Positions 49,371 through 63,934 are shown, numbered from the stretch's first letter. The stretch: 64,000 nt of DNA from Callorhinchus milii (GCF_018977255.1 NW_024704743.1:63056001-63120000), one strand, 5' to 3'. Notes: generated from the sequence alone by a model not told the origin. Program-made: numbers and translations.

Positions 49371-52300
49371 ACAGCCAGCGACTGACTTTTTTTTGGAGGG
49401 GGTGGGGGAGGGTGGTCTAAATGTATCTTAATATACAGGCAGAAATGCTACCCATGTCTGATTTACTCTATTTATTCAGAATTTCAGTGTCCTCAACTTA
49501 ATTCTTAAAAACAACCTTAATTTTGAATCTGTTTTTCTGCAAGTTTGTTTAAGAACTACATAAAACTGATTTTAAGGTATAAAATTTAATTCGCCAATAA
49601 GAGTAAATTTGGACTCAGTGGAATTTTTCTCCCAATGGTATAAAGGAATTAAAAATCCTCTTTTATCAATTCCCCTCTGGTTACACGTGGGAAATGTTAT
49701 CAGTATGATACAATTAACATCTATATAGCATCTTTCATGTCGAGAGGACTTCTCCAAGTGCTTCACACAACTGACTGGGCTCCAGCTTAATAATAATACT
49801 GTTAATACAATAACAGCCTGTAGCTGAAAGGGTGGGTGCAGGGGGGGTTGAGAGAGAAAGATAAACAAAAGCTTAGATTAAAAAATATTTGAAACTGGAG
49901 AGGGAGGGATTCCAGGTTGAAGTTACAAAGAGCAGGGCAGAATGGCTGAAAGCTTGCCCACCATTAGTGGAAAAGATAGGACAGCGGACATGAGGCTGGT
50001 CAGTGTTCACTGAGCCCAGCCTCTCCCTTCACTCAGTGAACATTGGTCGGCTTCATGGCCAAGCCTCCTAGGGTTGTAGGAGGTCACAGAGCAAGACCAT
50101 GGAGGGATTTGAAAGCAAGGACAAGGATCTTGAATTCAATCTGCTGGGGGATGGTGGGCCAGTGGAGACTGTTACTGAACCCCTTGCTTCAACTGCTCTA
50201 CAGAAATCAAACCGAATGCTGTTCATACTGAGAGGAGGTTCAAACAATCTTTAACCTTACTTATTTAAACCCCCACTTATTTAGACCAACCTCCCCACCC
50301 CTCCAAAAAAAGATTCTTACAATATAACAAAATGGCGTGGGATGAGATTTTCACGATCTAATCATAGAAAATCTTATCTAATCAGTTAAAACTTTAGGTT
50401 AGCACCACTGCAAAAGATGTGCCTTTTTTAAAAATAGAGATAAAAGAGAAAATCTGAAAGGTCACTAAATGTGGGAGTCATTACAGTGAAGGTTTCGTTT
50501 TTTTCTGTTTGTCTGACAGTCTGGAATCTAAATTTCAGTTTGCACAGCATCCTGCTTAATCTCCTTTCACCTTTTGCAGCACTCAGGACTCTACATTTAG
50601 CAGTCACATCCCTTACTAACCACTGATGCACAGTTTGAGAAACAAGAAATAGCAACTCCAGTTACTTTCAATTCAGCCATCAGCAGATCGCAAAATGTTT
50701 ATGGAACTTTATTTTACAAGCATTGAATCCTGCACATTTAATTAAAATCAACCCTAGTCCGCTCAATGCACTACACATTAGGTTTGATTTCAAAGAATAA
50801 GGATAGTGGGTAAGACAATTGCCTCTTAGTCTCTTGACCAACAGATATTTAATCAGCAGGCAGTCTCGCTTTTAAATATGGTTTATGCACATTAGAATAT
50901 TCAGTTAAAAAACATTCAACTCTCTAGACAAATGTAAAACTACAACAACTTGCATTTATACAGCACCCTTCACGCAGGACAGTCAAGGAGCACTACACAA
51001 TGGTGGGATTGGACATTGAGCAAGGGAGAACAACAACAACAAAATTATATTTGTATAGCACCTTTCGCATCGGGAGGATGTTTCAAGGCGCTGGACAGTC
51101 AGGGCTTTGGACCTGAGTTGGGGGTCGGGATCGGGGAGGGTGGACGGCAGGCATACGAGAGTGACCAAAGGCATGGTCGAAGAGAAGGGTCTTGAGACGT
51201 GCTTTGAAGGAGGCAAGGGAGGGAGCAAGGCGAAGGGACTGTGGGATGGAGTTCAGAGAGGCTGAAGGCCGGCCCGATGTGGCTGACTTGCAGATAGTCA
51301 GTCCACTGGCTGTATACATGTACAGTGAAATCCAACCATCGCAGCCGATGAACGCCAAGAAGGGGGTGTTCAAGTTCAAACAAAATTAAAGGGACCTGGC
51401 TTGTCACTGGGGAGACATTTTATATAACCATACATATTTTGCCTTTCAGAGAAGATGATATCCCTTGAATAAACCCACGTGCAAAGTGCTATTGTGTTAT
51501 AACCCAACCAGCGCAAAAAAGAAGTGCCTTAAGTAGACCTGTAGTGTATAATGTACTGAATGAGAAGCCATTACTTTTTGGGTGAAGATGAGTATAAATA
51601 GAAGCAGATTTTCTATGACAGACTTTGCTCTCAGAATCCGAAGCTGTCAAAATGTGCTCAACTGGAGTCATTTTTTAAACTAACTTCAGAACGACACTGG
51701 TCTTTTGATGCAAACCAAAACGTAACTCAACACCTTCCATTAATTCAACAGCTGAAATTCCACACCAGTCACATCAGAGAAATGATAGGAATCATTGAGT
51801 CTGGAATAAAAACTTAAAAAACTTCTGAGGTCTTTTAAATTAGCTGCATGAATTTCTGATTGGAATTAGACTGGAAGACTCATCAGACACTGCCCAAAGT
51901 TCACAAGTCAAAATCTTAGTCACCTATCATTGATTACATAAATATATGTGTGCGTGCGTGGGGTAGGGGGTCGGGGGAAGAAAGCAAAAAAGATGAGCAA
52001 ACAAGAGCACTGAACGTATTTTCTAGTAAAGTTATTCTGATCCAAATTAATGCCAATTTCCCAGTCTAGACGGCAATTATGAATATGTGTGGAGAGGAAA
52101 GGCTATTGCAGGGAAACACATTTCATGTTTTTCAATATAAATAGCGAGTACTTTTGTACATAAACGATCTCGTCCTTCCTCTGATGACCCAGAATGCACT
52201 ACGTCATACAGATCATAAAATAGCAGGATCAAACGTGTGCTGAGTTTGGTGATCTCAACGGTCAGTGTGCTACAATTGGCCCTAGTCTTTGGGTTAGGGA

Positions 52301-54452
52301 GGGGAATATCATCCAGTGTGCGCTCTTTCAATTAGTATCCAAAGAATACTGCTAAAAGGCATGTGTGTGGATATCAAGCGAGAACAGTGTCGGGCTTGGG
52401 TGCGATGTTTCTGTGGCTGACCACACTGCTAACTATAAAGGCTCACACATAAATAATGGCCTTTTGGGTGAGATACCAGAGGGCATTGGATTTGTGGACT
52501 CCTTATACCCCAGTAGAGGGTATAAAGAGTCATAGGAGATGGAGAGGAAAGGAAAAGTATAACATTTTCATATGTGGCAACATACCACATATGAAAATCT
52601 GAAATGAAAAATCTGTTACAACCAAATACTAATACAAAGACCATACAAAATCCCAAGCTTTGGAGTATGAGCTATGTAGCAACAGTGGTGATTCCCTACC
52701 AGGTTACTTGCACAGAAAGATTACACACGATAAACTGCACTGGGATGATGCACTTCAGATAACTAAGTGAGTGGGCGGCTCTCAAACCCAAATGTTGAGT
52801 TGTTTTCCCTTTAATGTTATGCTTCTGGTTGCTATTCCATTTGCAAACTCAAAGCATCATTGCATTTTATGTGTCCTGAGCTGAAGATTTAATACAGCAA
52901 TTGATTTGTTTACATACAAAGCAGTAATGGCGTTTAATTCTCCTGCAGATTTGGGTTTTACAACTCACGTTTAATTGATCTGACCTTTCCTGTACTTTAA
53001 TTATGCCATTCTAACATTGGAAACTCCTACTGGGGCTATTCTGTAGCAATATATGCAGATCTCTATAGGTCAGACCTTTTACCATGGCCTATATTCATTA
53101 CTGCTTCATCGATATACCATGAGAGCTATATTCCTTCGCCCCAAAACGGCAAAGTAGTATTAAATGTTAGAAAACAAATATAAAAATCTTTCCTTCCCAC
53201 ATGGAACTTTCCAAATGGAATATGTCAGATTTGAAGATCAATAAAGGTCAAATTGAATAAACCTTTCTTGCAAAAAGTCAATGAGTATATAGCATTCATC
53301 TCGTGAGAAAATAATTATGACTGGAAATCAAAAAATTTGCGCATAAGGAATATTTTGATCACTCAGCCCCACTCTCAGCTAAACCCTGATGTTGTCTAAA
53401 AGGTTTCCCTTTCTCTGCAGTGTACCTAAACTTAAACTGTATCACAACGCATTTAAATCAGCATATCTCAACAGTGCTTTATTAATGCTGTGTTCAGCAC
53501 TGAAGCTGGTTCACTTACATTCTGACCCGAGATCCTGCTAATCCATCACTTCTCTGTGGTTGAGACACTGAAAAGCCTTATTGTAATCCTGATCAGGAAT
53601 ACAGGCGGTTTTAGCCTTGGAAGGTTTGAAATAAAGAATCACACTGCCTCAGACAGAAATCCATTCATCGCTGACCTCGACTCAGAGTCTGCTAGGTATG
53701 CCTTAACCCTGCTCAACACTGAACCCATTACCCAACTCACCTTAGGCTTTGCTCACACCAAATTCTCACTCCCTCTGCTCTGATATATCCTCAGTAAGTT
53801 TACATTTGGGTCGTATGAATGAAGCAAAATAGAAATTCTGTATAAATGCTGTAACGCAATTTATACCATTTGAAAGAGCACAACTAACACGGGCACAGTT
53901 ACTCAACGCTCTTCCATTTGTTCAAACAAAGAAAAATGTCAAATCCAATCAATAAACATTTTTTATTGAAAGTGGTGGCTGCTTCTCAACTCAAGAGTTT
54001 CACTTCTGAACAGAAAGACAAATGCTGATTGGAAATGCTGATCAGTCAGAACTGGGAGGTCAATATTTGCTACATGCCACAACAGAAATGATGAGCACCA
54101 ATGCTATTATATACTAAGAATTCTTTATAAAGTTACCAAGATTTATTTACTAACAAATGGAAGTCAATATGGCAATGAGACAAATACAAAATACAGTAAT
54201 CCCCTAATGACTCGACCCTGTTTTAACTTGTCACTACCACTTAAGCCATCATGCTATCAATATCCTGGCCACATTTATTTACGTATTTATGCATAGGCCT
54301 AATGCACCACTCCAGATAACCCTTTTCCCTTGGAGTGCCGAATTGCCAGGCGTTTCCTGTATAAAAAGCTATGTCCATCAGAAGACTTGGAGTTTTACAG
54401 CAACAATTGATGATGTGGGTAGAAGTATAAAACATTCTGTTGCTGGACTTAC

Positions 54453-54554
54453 ACTTTGAGCCCAGGAGAATCCTCGGTGTAGAACCTCCACATGCCCCCA
54501 GTGCCCGCTGATGTGGTTCGACCAGCACGGCTTACAGCACTGCTGGCGGCCTTC
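54453..54554 (-). CDS. SEC61B: SEC61B coding exon 3 ([34 protein letters not shown])
   Basis: Polypyrimidine acceptor (ttctctttgttcctctgtgtcacag) and donor gtaagt; 102 nt, phase 2 to 2; contains the conserved [16 protein letters not shown] motif. Confidence 0.98.
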
Positions 54555-54769
54555 CTGTGACACAGAGGAACAAAGAGAAAAAGTTAGACACAGCCAGATC
54601 ATTAAAACCCAAATCAACTCCTCTCTACAACAGATTGATAATAATCTACCCAATTCAACTCCACTTGACAGGCGATTTTTTTTTTTTTTTTGACATTCGA
54701 TTGTAACCTACTCAATACCAGATTATTGTAATCCACTTATTTCAACTCCGCTCTATACCAGCAGCAAGT

Positions 54770-54990
54770 AATGATGTCGGAGACTGGATGACCGGGAACT
54801 GTGGGAAGCTAGAAATGGCTGACTTCCTGGTCTTCCCATCACCAGGTCACTAGTGAGGTCACTTTGCCTACATCAGCAAAGCAGGAAATAGTATCGATAG
54901 TGACCCAATGACTCAGAAATCAGCCATTTTAGCGCAAAGAGCCGGCCTTCACAAAGGAAGTGAGCAGCCAACGGCTCCTGAGTGCGGTGA
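54770..54990. promoter_or_regulatory. Candidate intronic enhancer in SEC61B intron 2
   Basis: GTGGGAA, ACTTCCTG, AGGTCA-n6-AGGTCA (54844-54861), TGACTCA (54909), GCCATTTT and AGGAAGTG, with several retained CpGs. Confidence 0.35.
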
Positions 54991-57544
54991 ATGGAGTCCA
55001 GAGGCTATCATACTATTAGCAAATTTGCCCTACGTTGTACTCAATTGTTCGCCCACAAAATAGTCATGTCTTTTATAGTAATATCCTGTGAAACGCTTTT
55101 TAGACATCTTGTTATAAGGCATATATCAAGTACAAGGATTATTATTATAGTGAAATACATAACAAGGTTGCACTGTATCAATTATTCATTCGATTTTACA
55201 ATATGTCAGAAGGAACTTTCCCTTCTGCTCAAGACTCCAGTAATTTTGACATGATTTTTCCTTTTAAAAAAATTATTTCTTCACAGATCTTCTAGAATGG
55301 TCAAGAGAATAAATAATGCTGCCATTGGATTTTTGTTACCAACCCAGAATTTGAGCAGTTAAACATATTTTCAAGGAAATGACCTCATCCCCTAAATTTC
55401 ACCCTTCATATTAGTACAAAAATACTGTGGTTAACACTGCTCAACCATTCAGGGTTTACGGTCAGATCCTGTACAACAATAACTTGTATTTATAAAGCAT
55501 CCTCACGCAGGGTGGTGTTTTCCAGCATCACATTTGTCCTGAATTTGCAATTAGAACGCCGTTTTGAAATTAAAATCTAAAGGAAAATAATACCTCGTCA
55601 GCATGCTTTTTAAATACAAGATTTCAAGGAAGATTGACTAACTAGTGTGCTATTACTGTACCACAATCCTACAAGAGGTTTGCACTGAACATTGATGACT
55701 ACATTTTCTGCAAATGTGAAGTAATATGGATTGTCAATATTCAGTGGGTTAATAAGTGCAATCAGATTACTATGTGCAAGGGAACAAGTACAAGACAATC
55801 TAATTGTGGGCTTCAGAGGAGGTAAAACCAAAACACCCAAAGGTCAAATAACCTGAATACCTAAATGAGATTGCAATGTTACCCCGCTGTATGATTAATA
55901 TTGTGCCCTTTTACAATAACATGGGAGAATGCACGATCAGTTATTATAATAATCTATACAGGAGCACAAGATAAAGATACAGAGGAAGTCTTTATCCATT
56001 GCATAATAACCCCTGGATCTGATATCATGCTTATAATGTACGATATAATATGGGATATAATAATAATCCTTGCATTTGATACAGCGCTTTTCAGATCTTC
56101 TAGACGTCTCAAAGCACTTCACAGAATAGACTGTAAAGCGAATTGACTGTATATTTGTCGGCAAAATGCGAATATAGTACATAGGTAGATTGGGACACAT
56201 GAGCATGCGTCCGCCAGGAAGGTAGTAGGCGAACTAGATGGACCTTGGTCTTTTTTCGTCTAGCATTTCTTATGTTCTTAATGTTGAAGCAGTTCACAGG
56301 CAATTGCTGTCAAGTTTTGTGACTATGTTTTTGTAGGCAATGAACTGTGCAGAAATATACTTGATCAAAATATTTATATTAAAATGATCACAGATTCATT
56401 TAGATAAACTGTAGTCACTCATTCACTAGTCACTACGTGAAGTCTCCAGTCACATGCATTCCAGTGATTAAGTCTTCACTATTCCTGTACTGAGGCGTGA
56501 AATGAGAAGAGGGAAGGTCATCAGACAGTTTAGATTCAATTACTTTACAGAGAAAATGACGAATATGTGTAATTTGCTACCTTGGGAGATGGAGTCAATA
56601 GATTCATAGCAATTTGGCAAAAGAATTGATTGAGGGATACGACAAACAATGTAATGCAGACTTTGTTTACAAAACTTTTGAGTCCAGCCACATGATCACC
56701 ATGGTTTTTTCCTGCCTTGTACATTCCCATGCACATCCAAGCATTTTGGTGAGGTTCAATACATCACTGTTGGGAGGTACTTAGGAACGCACAAGAAAAG
56801 ATGAGTGCACTCCATCTGGCAAGTCCATTAGTGAAATAAAGAAACACCAATCCTGATACATATACAAACATTACTTCCAGGGATAGTTCCATTTATCAGT
56901 AAATTACGATGTTCATGTCACATCCACTTTCCAAATCACTTGCACTTTGGATCAACTACAAAGTGCAACATTCCTAGATTTCCAGATAAAGCTAACAGCG
57001 GTGGAAGATTACTGAATCCGCCCTTCAATCTAATTACTCTATGAACACACATGACATTTTTTTTACTTATGAGTTAGTGCCTGAACTTGTCAAAGCTCCC
57101 ACCAGTTTACCTTGGCCCATCAGACTCCAAAATAAGTCAAGTAAAAACAATCTGATAAATACAAGTCCGAAGTGCTTGCTTGTGAAGCAAATATTAAACA
57201 GTTATGGGTGACAGAATTGCAGCAATACACTAGAACTGGGGCAGTGTATTGATCCTTCACTTTGGTGAGTTCCCAAGTAGAGATTGAAAGCTGTGTGTGG
57301 AGAGGACAAGGCAAGTTGTTGCAAGGCTATTCAATACACCTCCTAGTGGCGACTTGCAGCATTGGTGACATGACAATCAAGGACAAACTGGGGAAGCAGA
57401 TTTATTTTGAAAAATATGATATATATCCTCAACAGGAATGATGAAAATTCTCCAATCTCAGACTTGAAAATGCTAAATTATGTCATTGCTTTAAACACAG
57501 GTTGGGTAAATATTGATACTGATTGCAAAGCGATGCTGAAAAAC

Positions 57545-58360
57545 ATAACCCGGGTTGCAGAATGGGTGGATAGGTGACAGATGGAATTTAATGTAGGCAT
57601 ATGCAACGCGTTTGACTTTTGTAGGAAGATTAAAGAAGTCAACTATACCCTGAATGGTAGAAAGCTAATGGGGCTTAGGAACAAAGTGACCTAGAGGTTC
57701 AGATTCACAGCATTCAAAGCAGCAGCACAGGTGACAAGGCTATAAATAATGCAAATAAACAATGATTTTATGTGCAGAGGAATAGAGTATAAAAATAGGA
57801 AAGAAATGTTAAATGTATATTCAGAAAAACCTTGGTTAGACTGCTTGTGAAGTACTGTGTACATTTCTAGCTATATTACAGGAAGAATATTGTAGTATTG
57901 GAGAGTGCAGTGTAGATTTACAAGCATGTTACCAAGGATGAGTGAATTCAGCCATCAAGAAAGATTGGACAGGTTGGAGCTTGATAAGCTGTTTTCACTT
58001 ATTTGTGAGTCACAAAAAACGGGGCATAAATATGATAGCTTGTAGTAGATCTAATAATAATAATCCTTCCATTTGATATAGCGCCTTTTCATATTGTTGA
58101 AACGTCTCAAAGAGCTTCATAGGATACACTGTAACTCAAATACAGGGTTTAGAAGAAAGCTCTTCACGCAGAGGGTGGTGAGAATGTGGGACTTACTGAT
58201 GGAAGCTGCAGTTAAAACAAAGAGCATCAACATATTTAAGAAGAAACTTGATGTATACATGAGGGAGAAGGGAATAGAGACATATAATTGGATTGTGTAT
58301 AGTTTAAACACTGGGACTGAACGGATTGTTTCTATGCCACATCATTCTATGTAATTCAAT
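57545..58360 (+). mobile_element. Decayed CR1 LINE with an inserted SINE tail, SEC61B intron 2
   Basis: cagatggaatttaatgtag (QMEFNV) and RRKLFTQRVVRMWD. Confidence 0.78.
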
Positions 58361-59496
58361 ACAAGCTTTACAGTATCCATACTGTACATCAAATACCAGA
58401 GTGGATTTTCAACAACATCTTCATCTTGCCTTCATGTTGTATAACGTCTTTGAGGGTTTTACAAAGCAAGATTGGACACTGAGCCGAGGGGGGGCTGGGG
58501 TTTCGATCCAATTAGTAGGTTTTAAGGTGGGACTTAGACAGATATAGAGAGGACAACATAGAGGAGTACGGAACTGCAGTAATCCCAAGTTAGCTGAGTG
58601 GAGGGGAGTGGGGTAAGAAGATTAGAGCTATAGGGAGGCATGAAGGGATATTTGGATAAGGGTGAGGATCTTGAAATCGATCAGCTGAAAGATAGACAGT
58701 GAGGGCTGGAGAGGACTGCACTCTGAGACGCCGTTGTTGTTGTTGTTATTGACTGAGGTGATGGGTGTGCGGAATTTGGTGTGGGTGAAGATGCAGGGGG
58801 CAGTTGGATATGTTGGGAGATCAGACATTTCAAAAGTCCAGACGGAAGATAACAATGACCTGGATTAGGGTGGAAAACGGCAATGTAGTGGAGGTGAATA
58901 ATCCAGGGACCAGATGTGAGGGGGAAAAAAGGGAACCGAGCTTCCATCCAGTGACCAAGATTGCACATTGGTTCAGTGGGTTTAAGTGAGTCCGAATTAA
59001 ACACAGAACCAACCGAATAACCAAAGCAAATCAGAAGGAAGAGCTTGCAGGGCCTGATCCCGCTGAACTGTTCCTAAATGGTTCACAAATAATTACTATC
59101 AAGGTTAGTGACTGTTTTTGCACACACAAGCTGCAGCAAGGTCCGAAACAGCTAATTCATCTGGATGATTCTTGGCCAAGATACCAGGAGAAACTCCCTT
59201 ATTTTAGTAAACGTCACGGGATCTTTAACATCCACCATAGAAAAGCGAGAAGGGGTACAAGTTCAATACTCACTACAAATAAGGCATCTTCAGCATCTTG
59301 GTAACTTGGCTTGCTGTTCTCTTTGCGCTGTAGAGTTGCCTGTTGTGCTTTTGGAGCATATCCTGCTAGACGTTAACCAGTTTTTTTGTTTTCTGATTGG
59401 CTCGATGTAATGGTCACCACTTTTTTTTTGTGTATTTCAGATTTTCAACTTTTTATACATCTGACCTTCAATGTGGTTTTTGCAACAATGACTCAC

Positions 59497-59594
59497 CTCT
59501 GTCTGACTGTGCCTCCAGGAGCTCGCTGAGCCACAGCTTTACTGGGCGAGCGGCCAGAGACACCAACATTTGTTGAACTTGCAGCTGGACCAGG
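59497..59594 (-). CDS. SEC61B: Sec61 translocon subunit beta, coding exon 2 ([33 protein letters not shown])
   Basis: Minus-strand acceptor gtttttcag and donor gtgagt flank a 98-nt exon, phase 0 to 2. The translation matches the vertebrate SEC61B N-terminus (human [33 protein letters not shown]). Confidence 0.97.
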
Positions 59595-59657
59595 CTGAAA
59601 AACAACCAGCAAAATATTAACAAAATGGGAGTTACAGTAGTTCACATATTCACATAT

Positions 59658-60024
59658 GTAGTACTGTAGCTCAGTGGATAGAGCACTCGCCTCGCAAGAG
59701 AGACCTGGGTTCTACTCCCGGCACGGTGAAACCTTGGGCAAGTTTCCTTACTCCACTCGCCTCTGTTTACCTATCACTAAGTAGGAACCTGTTGTTAGTC
59801 AATCGGCGGATCGCTTTTCTGGGGGTAATAATTCCTTCAAAAAAAAAATGAAAATTGGTCACTTAATTCATGACTGTTTGTGGGACACTGCTGTGCTCAA
59901 TTGGCTGCTGTGTTTCACCCACAAAATAGAGTCAATTCACTTTACAGTATATTCTATGAAGCTCTTTGAGACATCTCGATGGTGTGATAAGGTACTATAT
60001 CAAAAGCAAATATTATTATTATTA
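59658..60024 (+). mobile_element. Full-length SINE, long subfamily, about 60 bp from the SEC61B exon 2 acceptor
   Basis: Head tgtagctcagtggatagagc, internal segment, Deu core and tail. Confidence 0.88.
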
Positions 60025-60507
60025 TGTATTACAAACATCAACGTATCCAGTGATACCAAGTCTGAGGTAGAAGTTTGTAGGTTCATGCCACACTTCAGGA
60101 CTGCAATAGTCTAGGCTGACAACCCAATGTGGTCCTGGGCCTGTGTTACACTGATAGAGATGTCACCTTTCAGATGAGACGTTTAAAAAACCAGAGGTCT
60201 CATCTGCCTGTTCAGGTGGACATTAAAAATCCAATGACACTACTCAAAAAGAGAAGGAAGTTTCTCACGGTGTCCTGGCCAACAATCCCTCAAAATGAAA
60301 TTGGTCACTCATTACATGGCTGTTTGTAGGACACTTCTGTGAACGATTAGGCTGCATTTCTATCTAGTCACTTCACATAGTAAAATCCTGTGAATCGCTC
60401 TGAGATGCTATACATGAGATGCTATACCAAACCCAAACACAAGGATTATTATGATTCTGAACTTCCTCTATGATCGGAGATCTTAAAAGGAAACTGAACA
60501 GGATAAA

Positions 60508-61428
60508 CAACAGCAACTTGCACTTATACTTCACACAGGGTAGTGTCTCAGAGCGCTTAACAGTGGCGGAGCCTGACCCCAAGCCGGTCGGGTGGGGGGG
60601 GGGGAGGTGGCTGTAACACGGTCGAAGAGGAAGAGGACTTGAAAAAAGGGAGAGAGGCAAGGCAGAGGGATTGAGGGAGAAGGGAAAGTGTTCTAGAGTT
60701 TTGGGGAGTAGTGGCTAAAAGTGCGACCTCCGATGGTGGAGCGGAGGGTGTGAGGAACGAGCAGGAGGCCGGTGCCAGTCGAGCGGAGGTGCCAGGTGGT
60801 GGACTGGGGAGTGAGGAGGTCAGAGAGGTAGGGAGGTGCCAGAGAGTGAAGGGATTTAAACACGAGTGCGAGGATCTTGAAGTTGATCCATTGGGTGATG
60901 GAGAGCCAGTGGAGTCTGGTCAGAACTGGTGAGATAGGGGTATGAGTTTGGTCCGGGTTAGTACGTGGGCGACAGAGTTGTGAATGAGCTGGATCTTTTG
61001 AATAATGGAGTTGGGGAGACCGGCGAGGAGTGCGTTGCAGTAATCGAGGCGGGAGGTGACAATCGCATGCACAAGGGTTTCGGCTGCATTTGGGTTAAGG
61101 TACGGTCGGAGGCGGGCAATGTGGTGGAGGTGGAGGAAGGTGGGTGGTCCTGGTCAGGGACTGGACGTGGGGGAGGAAGGACAATTGAGCGCCGAGATTG
61201 CGTACTGATTTGGAGAGTCTGAGGGAGAGCCCAGGGAGGTTAAGGAGTCGAGACCCTGATGTCTGTCAGACAAGCTGATAGAACATCGGCAGACCTGGAT
61301 TTGGTACTGGAGGAGGCAAAGTAGATTTGTGTGTCATCCGCATACATGTGGATGTTTACTCTGTGTCTGCTGATGACATCGCCCAGAGGGAGCATACAGA
61401 TAAGGAAAAGAAGAGGGCCAAGGATCCT
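60508..61428 (-). mobile_element. L2-clade LINE 3' portion in SEC61B intron 1
   Basis: Reverse complement contains atgtatgcggatgacacacaaatctac (MYADDTQIY) and the L2 tail. Confidence 0.9.
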
Positions 61429-61999
61429 TCTAGTACCTCAGCCGAAGCGCAGTACCTCTGTAAAACGCAGCGATCTTCAGTACCGCACTGGAATGTCAAC
61501 CATTATTGTTAGCTCAAAGTTTCAAAGTGGCACTTGACCTCACAACATTTGAACCCTGAGGCAAGAGAGTTACCAATTAATCCATGCTGACCGCATCAGC
61601 TCCCCCACATATCAAGAGAGGGCTGGCATCCAGAAAAGGAAAAATGTCATACACACTGCATGATGTAAAAACAACAGCCCATATAACAACAAGAATAAAC
61701 AACAACAACTTTCATTTATATAGCACCTTTTACTTCGGGAGAGTATCCCAAGGGGATGGATAGTCAAGTACTTGCACCGGAGCTGGGGGTTGGATTCGGG
61801 AGGGGTGGGGGCCATAGTCGGTGGGGGCCAAAGGTGGTGGGGGTGTAATAACATAGTTATTCCGAATTTATTGACAATGCTATGCAGTCCGCCCTGTGGT
61901 AGAACCAAGGGAGAATTCCATTGGAAACATCATACATTATGGAATGCATTTGACATTGTACACTCACTGAAGTCCATGGAATAATTCTTGAACAGATTA

Positions 62000-63300
62000 T
62001 TCAGCAATTGATAGGTAGACTAGTAGACTGAGCAGATATGGCAGAAATTGAACACAGAAAAATTTGAGGTTATATGTTTTGGGAGGAAGAAAAGAGATCT
62101 GTGCTAAATTATAAAATTTTAAAATAGGGAGAAAAGTAGAGAAACTTAGGTGGTTAAAGCACATATTAATAATCCTTGCATTTGATATTGCGCCTTATCA
62201 CGTCTTCAAGACGTCTCAAAGCACTTCACAGAAAATAACATAATGCAAATTGACTGTATATTTTGTGGGCGAAACATGGGAGCCAATTGCGTACAGCAGC
62301 GTCCCACAACAATCGTGGATTGAATGAGCAATAATAATAATCCAAATGTATTTATTTATTTGAAGGAATTATTACTCCCGGAAAAGCGATCCATCAATTG
62401 ATTACTAACTAGCTCCCTATTTACTGTTAAATAAACTGAGGCATGTGGAATAAGGAAACTTGCATAATATTTCGCCCTGTACACACTACAGGACTCATTT
62501 ACATAAATCTTTAAAGATGGGAAAGCAAGGGGACAAAGCTGTGAAGAAAACTAATGGGAACATAGGTTTTATAAATAGGTGTATAGAATATAAAACAAAA
62601 CAGATAATGTTTAACTTGTATTAATCATTAGTCAGTCCACAGTTAGATTATTGTATCCAGTTTTGGTCACCCACTTAAGGAATAATATCAGGGTACTGAG
62701 GAAGAAGAGAACATTTATTAGGATGATACCGGGGACCAGTCGTTTTAGCAGAGACCAGAGGAAGTGGGCCTATTCTCACTGGAACAGAGAAGATTGAGAG
62801 GAGATAACAACAAATAAAAATAAATTACATTTGTATCGTGCCTTTCATTTGGGGAAGACATCACAAGGTAGGGGATTGAGGAGTCAGGGTTTGGACCCGA
62901 GCTAGGGGCTGGGATTAAGAGGAGTGGAGTGTAGCAAGGGTAGAGGTAGAAGGGTGATCGAAGGTGCAGTCGAAGAGGAGGGTCAATCAACCAATAGAAG
63001 TCTTTAAAATTATGAGTCGATAAGGAAATGTTATTTCCACATGTCAGTGATTTAGTGTTTAGAGGGCAACAATTTAAGATACTTAGCACAGGGGGCAATT
63101 AAGAGGTATACTTTTACACACAAGAGTTGTTGGGATGTGGAATGTCCTGCTGGAAGCAGAATTAGATAGATATCTATAAAGGTTTGCAGGGTATATGAGG
63201 AAAAGACAGGTAAATGGGACTGAATGGATTGCTCTTTCAAACAGTCAGCACAGACACGATGGTCCAATGGCTTTCTTCTGTGCCATAAATGCCTATGGCA
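62000..63300 (+). mobile_element. Decayed CR1 LINE interrupted by a SINE (62165-62496) and an L2 tail (about 62807-62985)
   Basis: ttagtcagtccacagttagattattgtatccagttttggtcaccc (LVSPQLDYCIQFWSP). Confidence 0.75.
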
Positions 63301-63934
63301 TTATGGTGGAGAACATCAAATTCAACCCGACTGACTCGGCCGCTCTCTTTGCTCAGTAACTTGCTTCATCTCCTCAGCCTCTCTGCCAGTGGGTGGGCTA
63401 TCAGACATTCTGTGCCTGCTCTCAGGAACTCCAACCCAGAGCCCTTTGACTTGTTCCTTCCCTCATCTCGTTCAAGGACTGTCTCAAGACCTACCTCTTT
63501 GACCATGCTTTCAGTTATTCTTTTTTCTCCTCAATCCCCTCAGCTCCTGTCCCTAAATCGGGTGGCCAGTCAGCAGTTTTAAGCACTTTTGAGACATCCT
63601 CCTGATGTGAAAGGTGCTGTGTAAACCTAAATTGTACTGTACCACACGTAATAGTTATGGGAGACCAAAGGTAGTCCGCAGAATTCTATCTTTCCATAAT
63701 TACAGACTATAAATAAACCTAAAAATCCCATTCATTAATAGGGTTAAAGCGCCGGGAGACGCTATCCTGCGTGGAGGGCGCTATACAAGTGCAAGTTGTT
63801 GTACAGTAAATAGTTACAAACTACCCCTATTTTTTGTACCAGAATTCGAGCGCGCGGCAGAGGTTGGCTATGTGGCGGAATTCTGTATTTCACATAATAA
63901 AAGGGCAAGAAATTCTCTACTTTGAAGAAATTGT

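Noticed and set aside
54771..54822. Possible intronic C/D snoRNA (atgatg...ctga)
   Set aside because: Imperfect C box, too short, no terminal stem, and antisense to the host gene.
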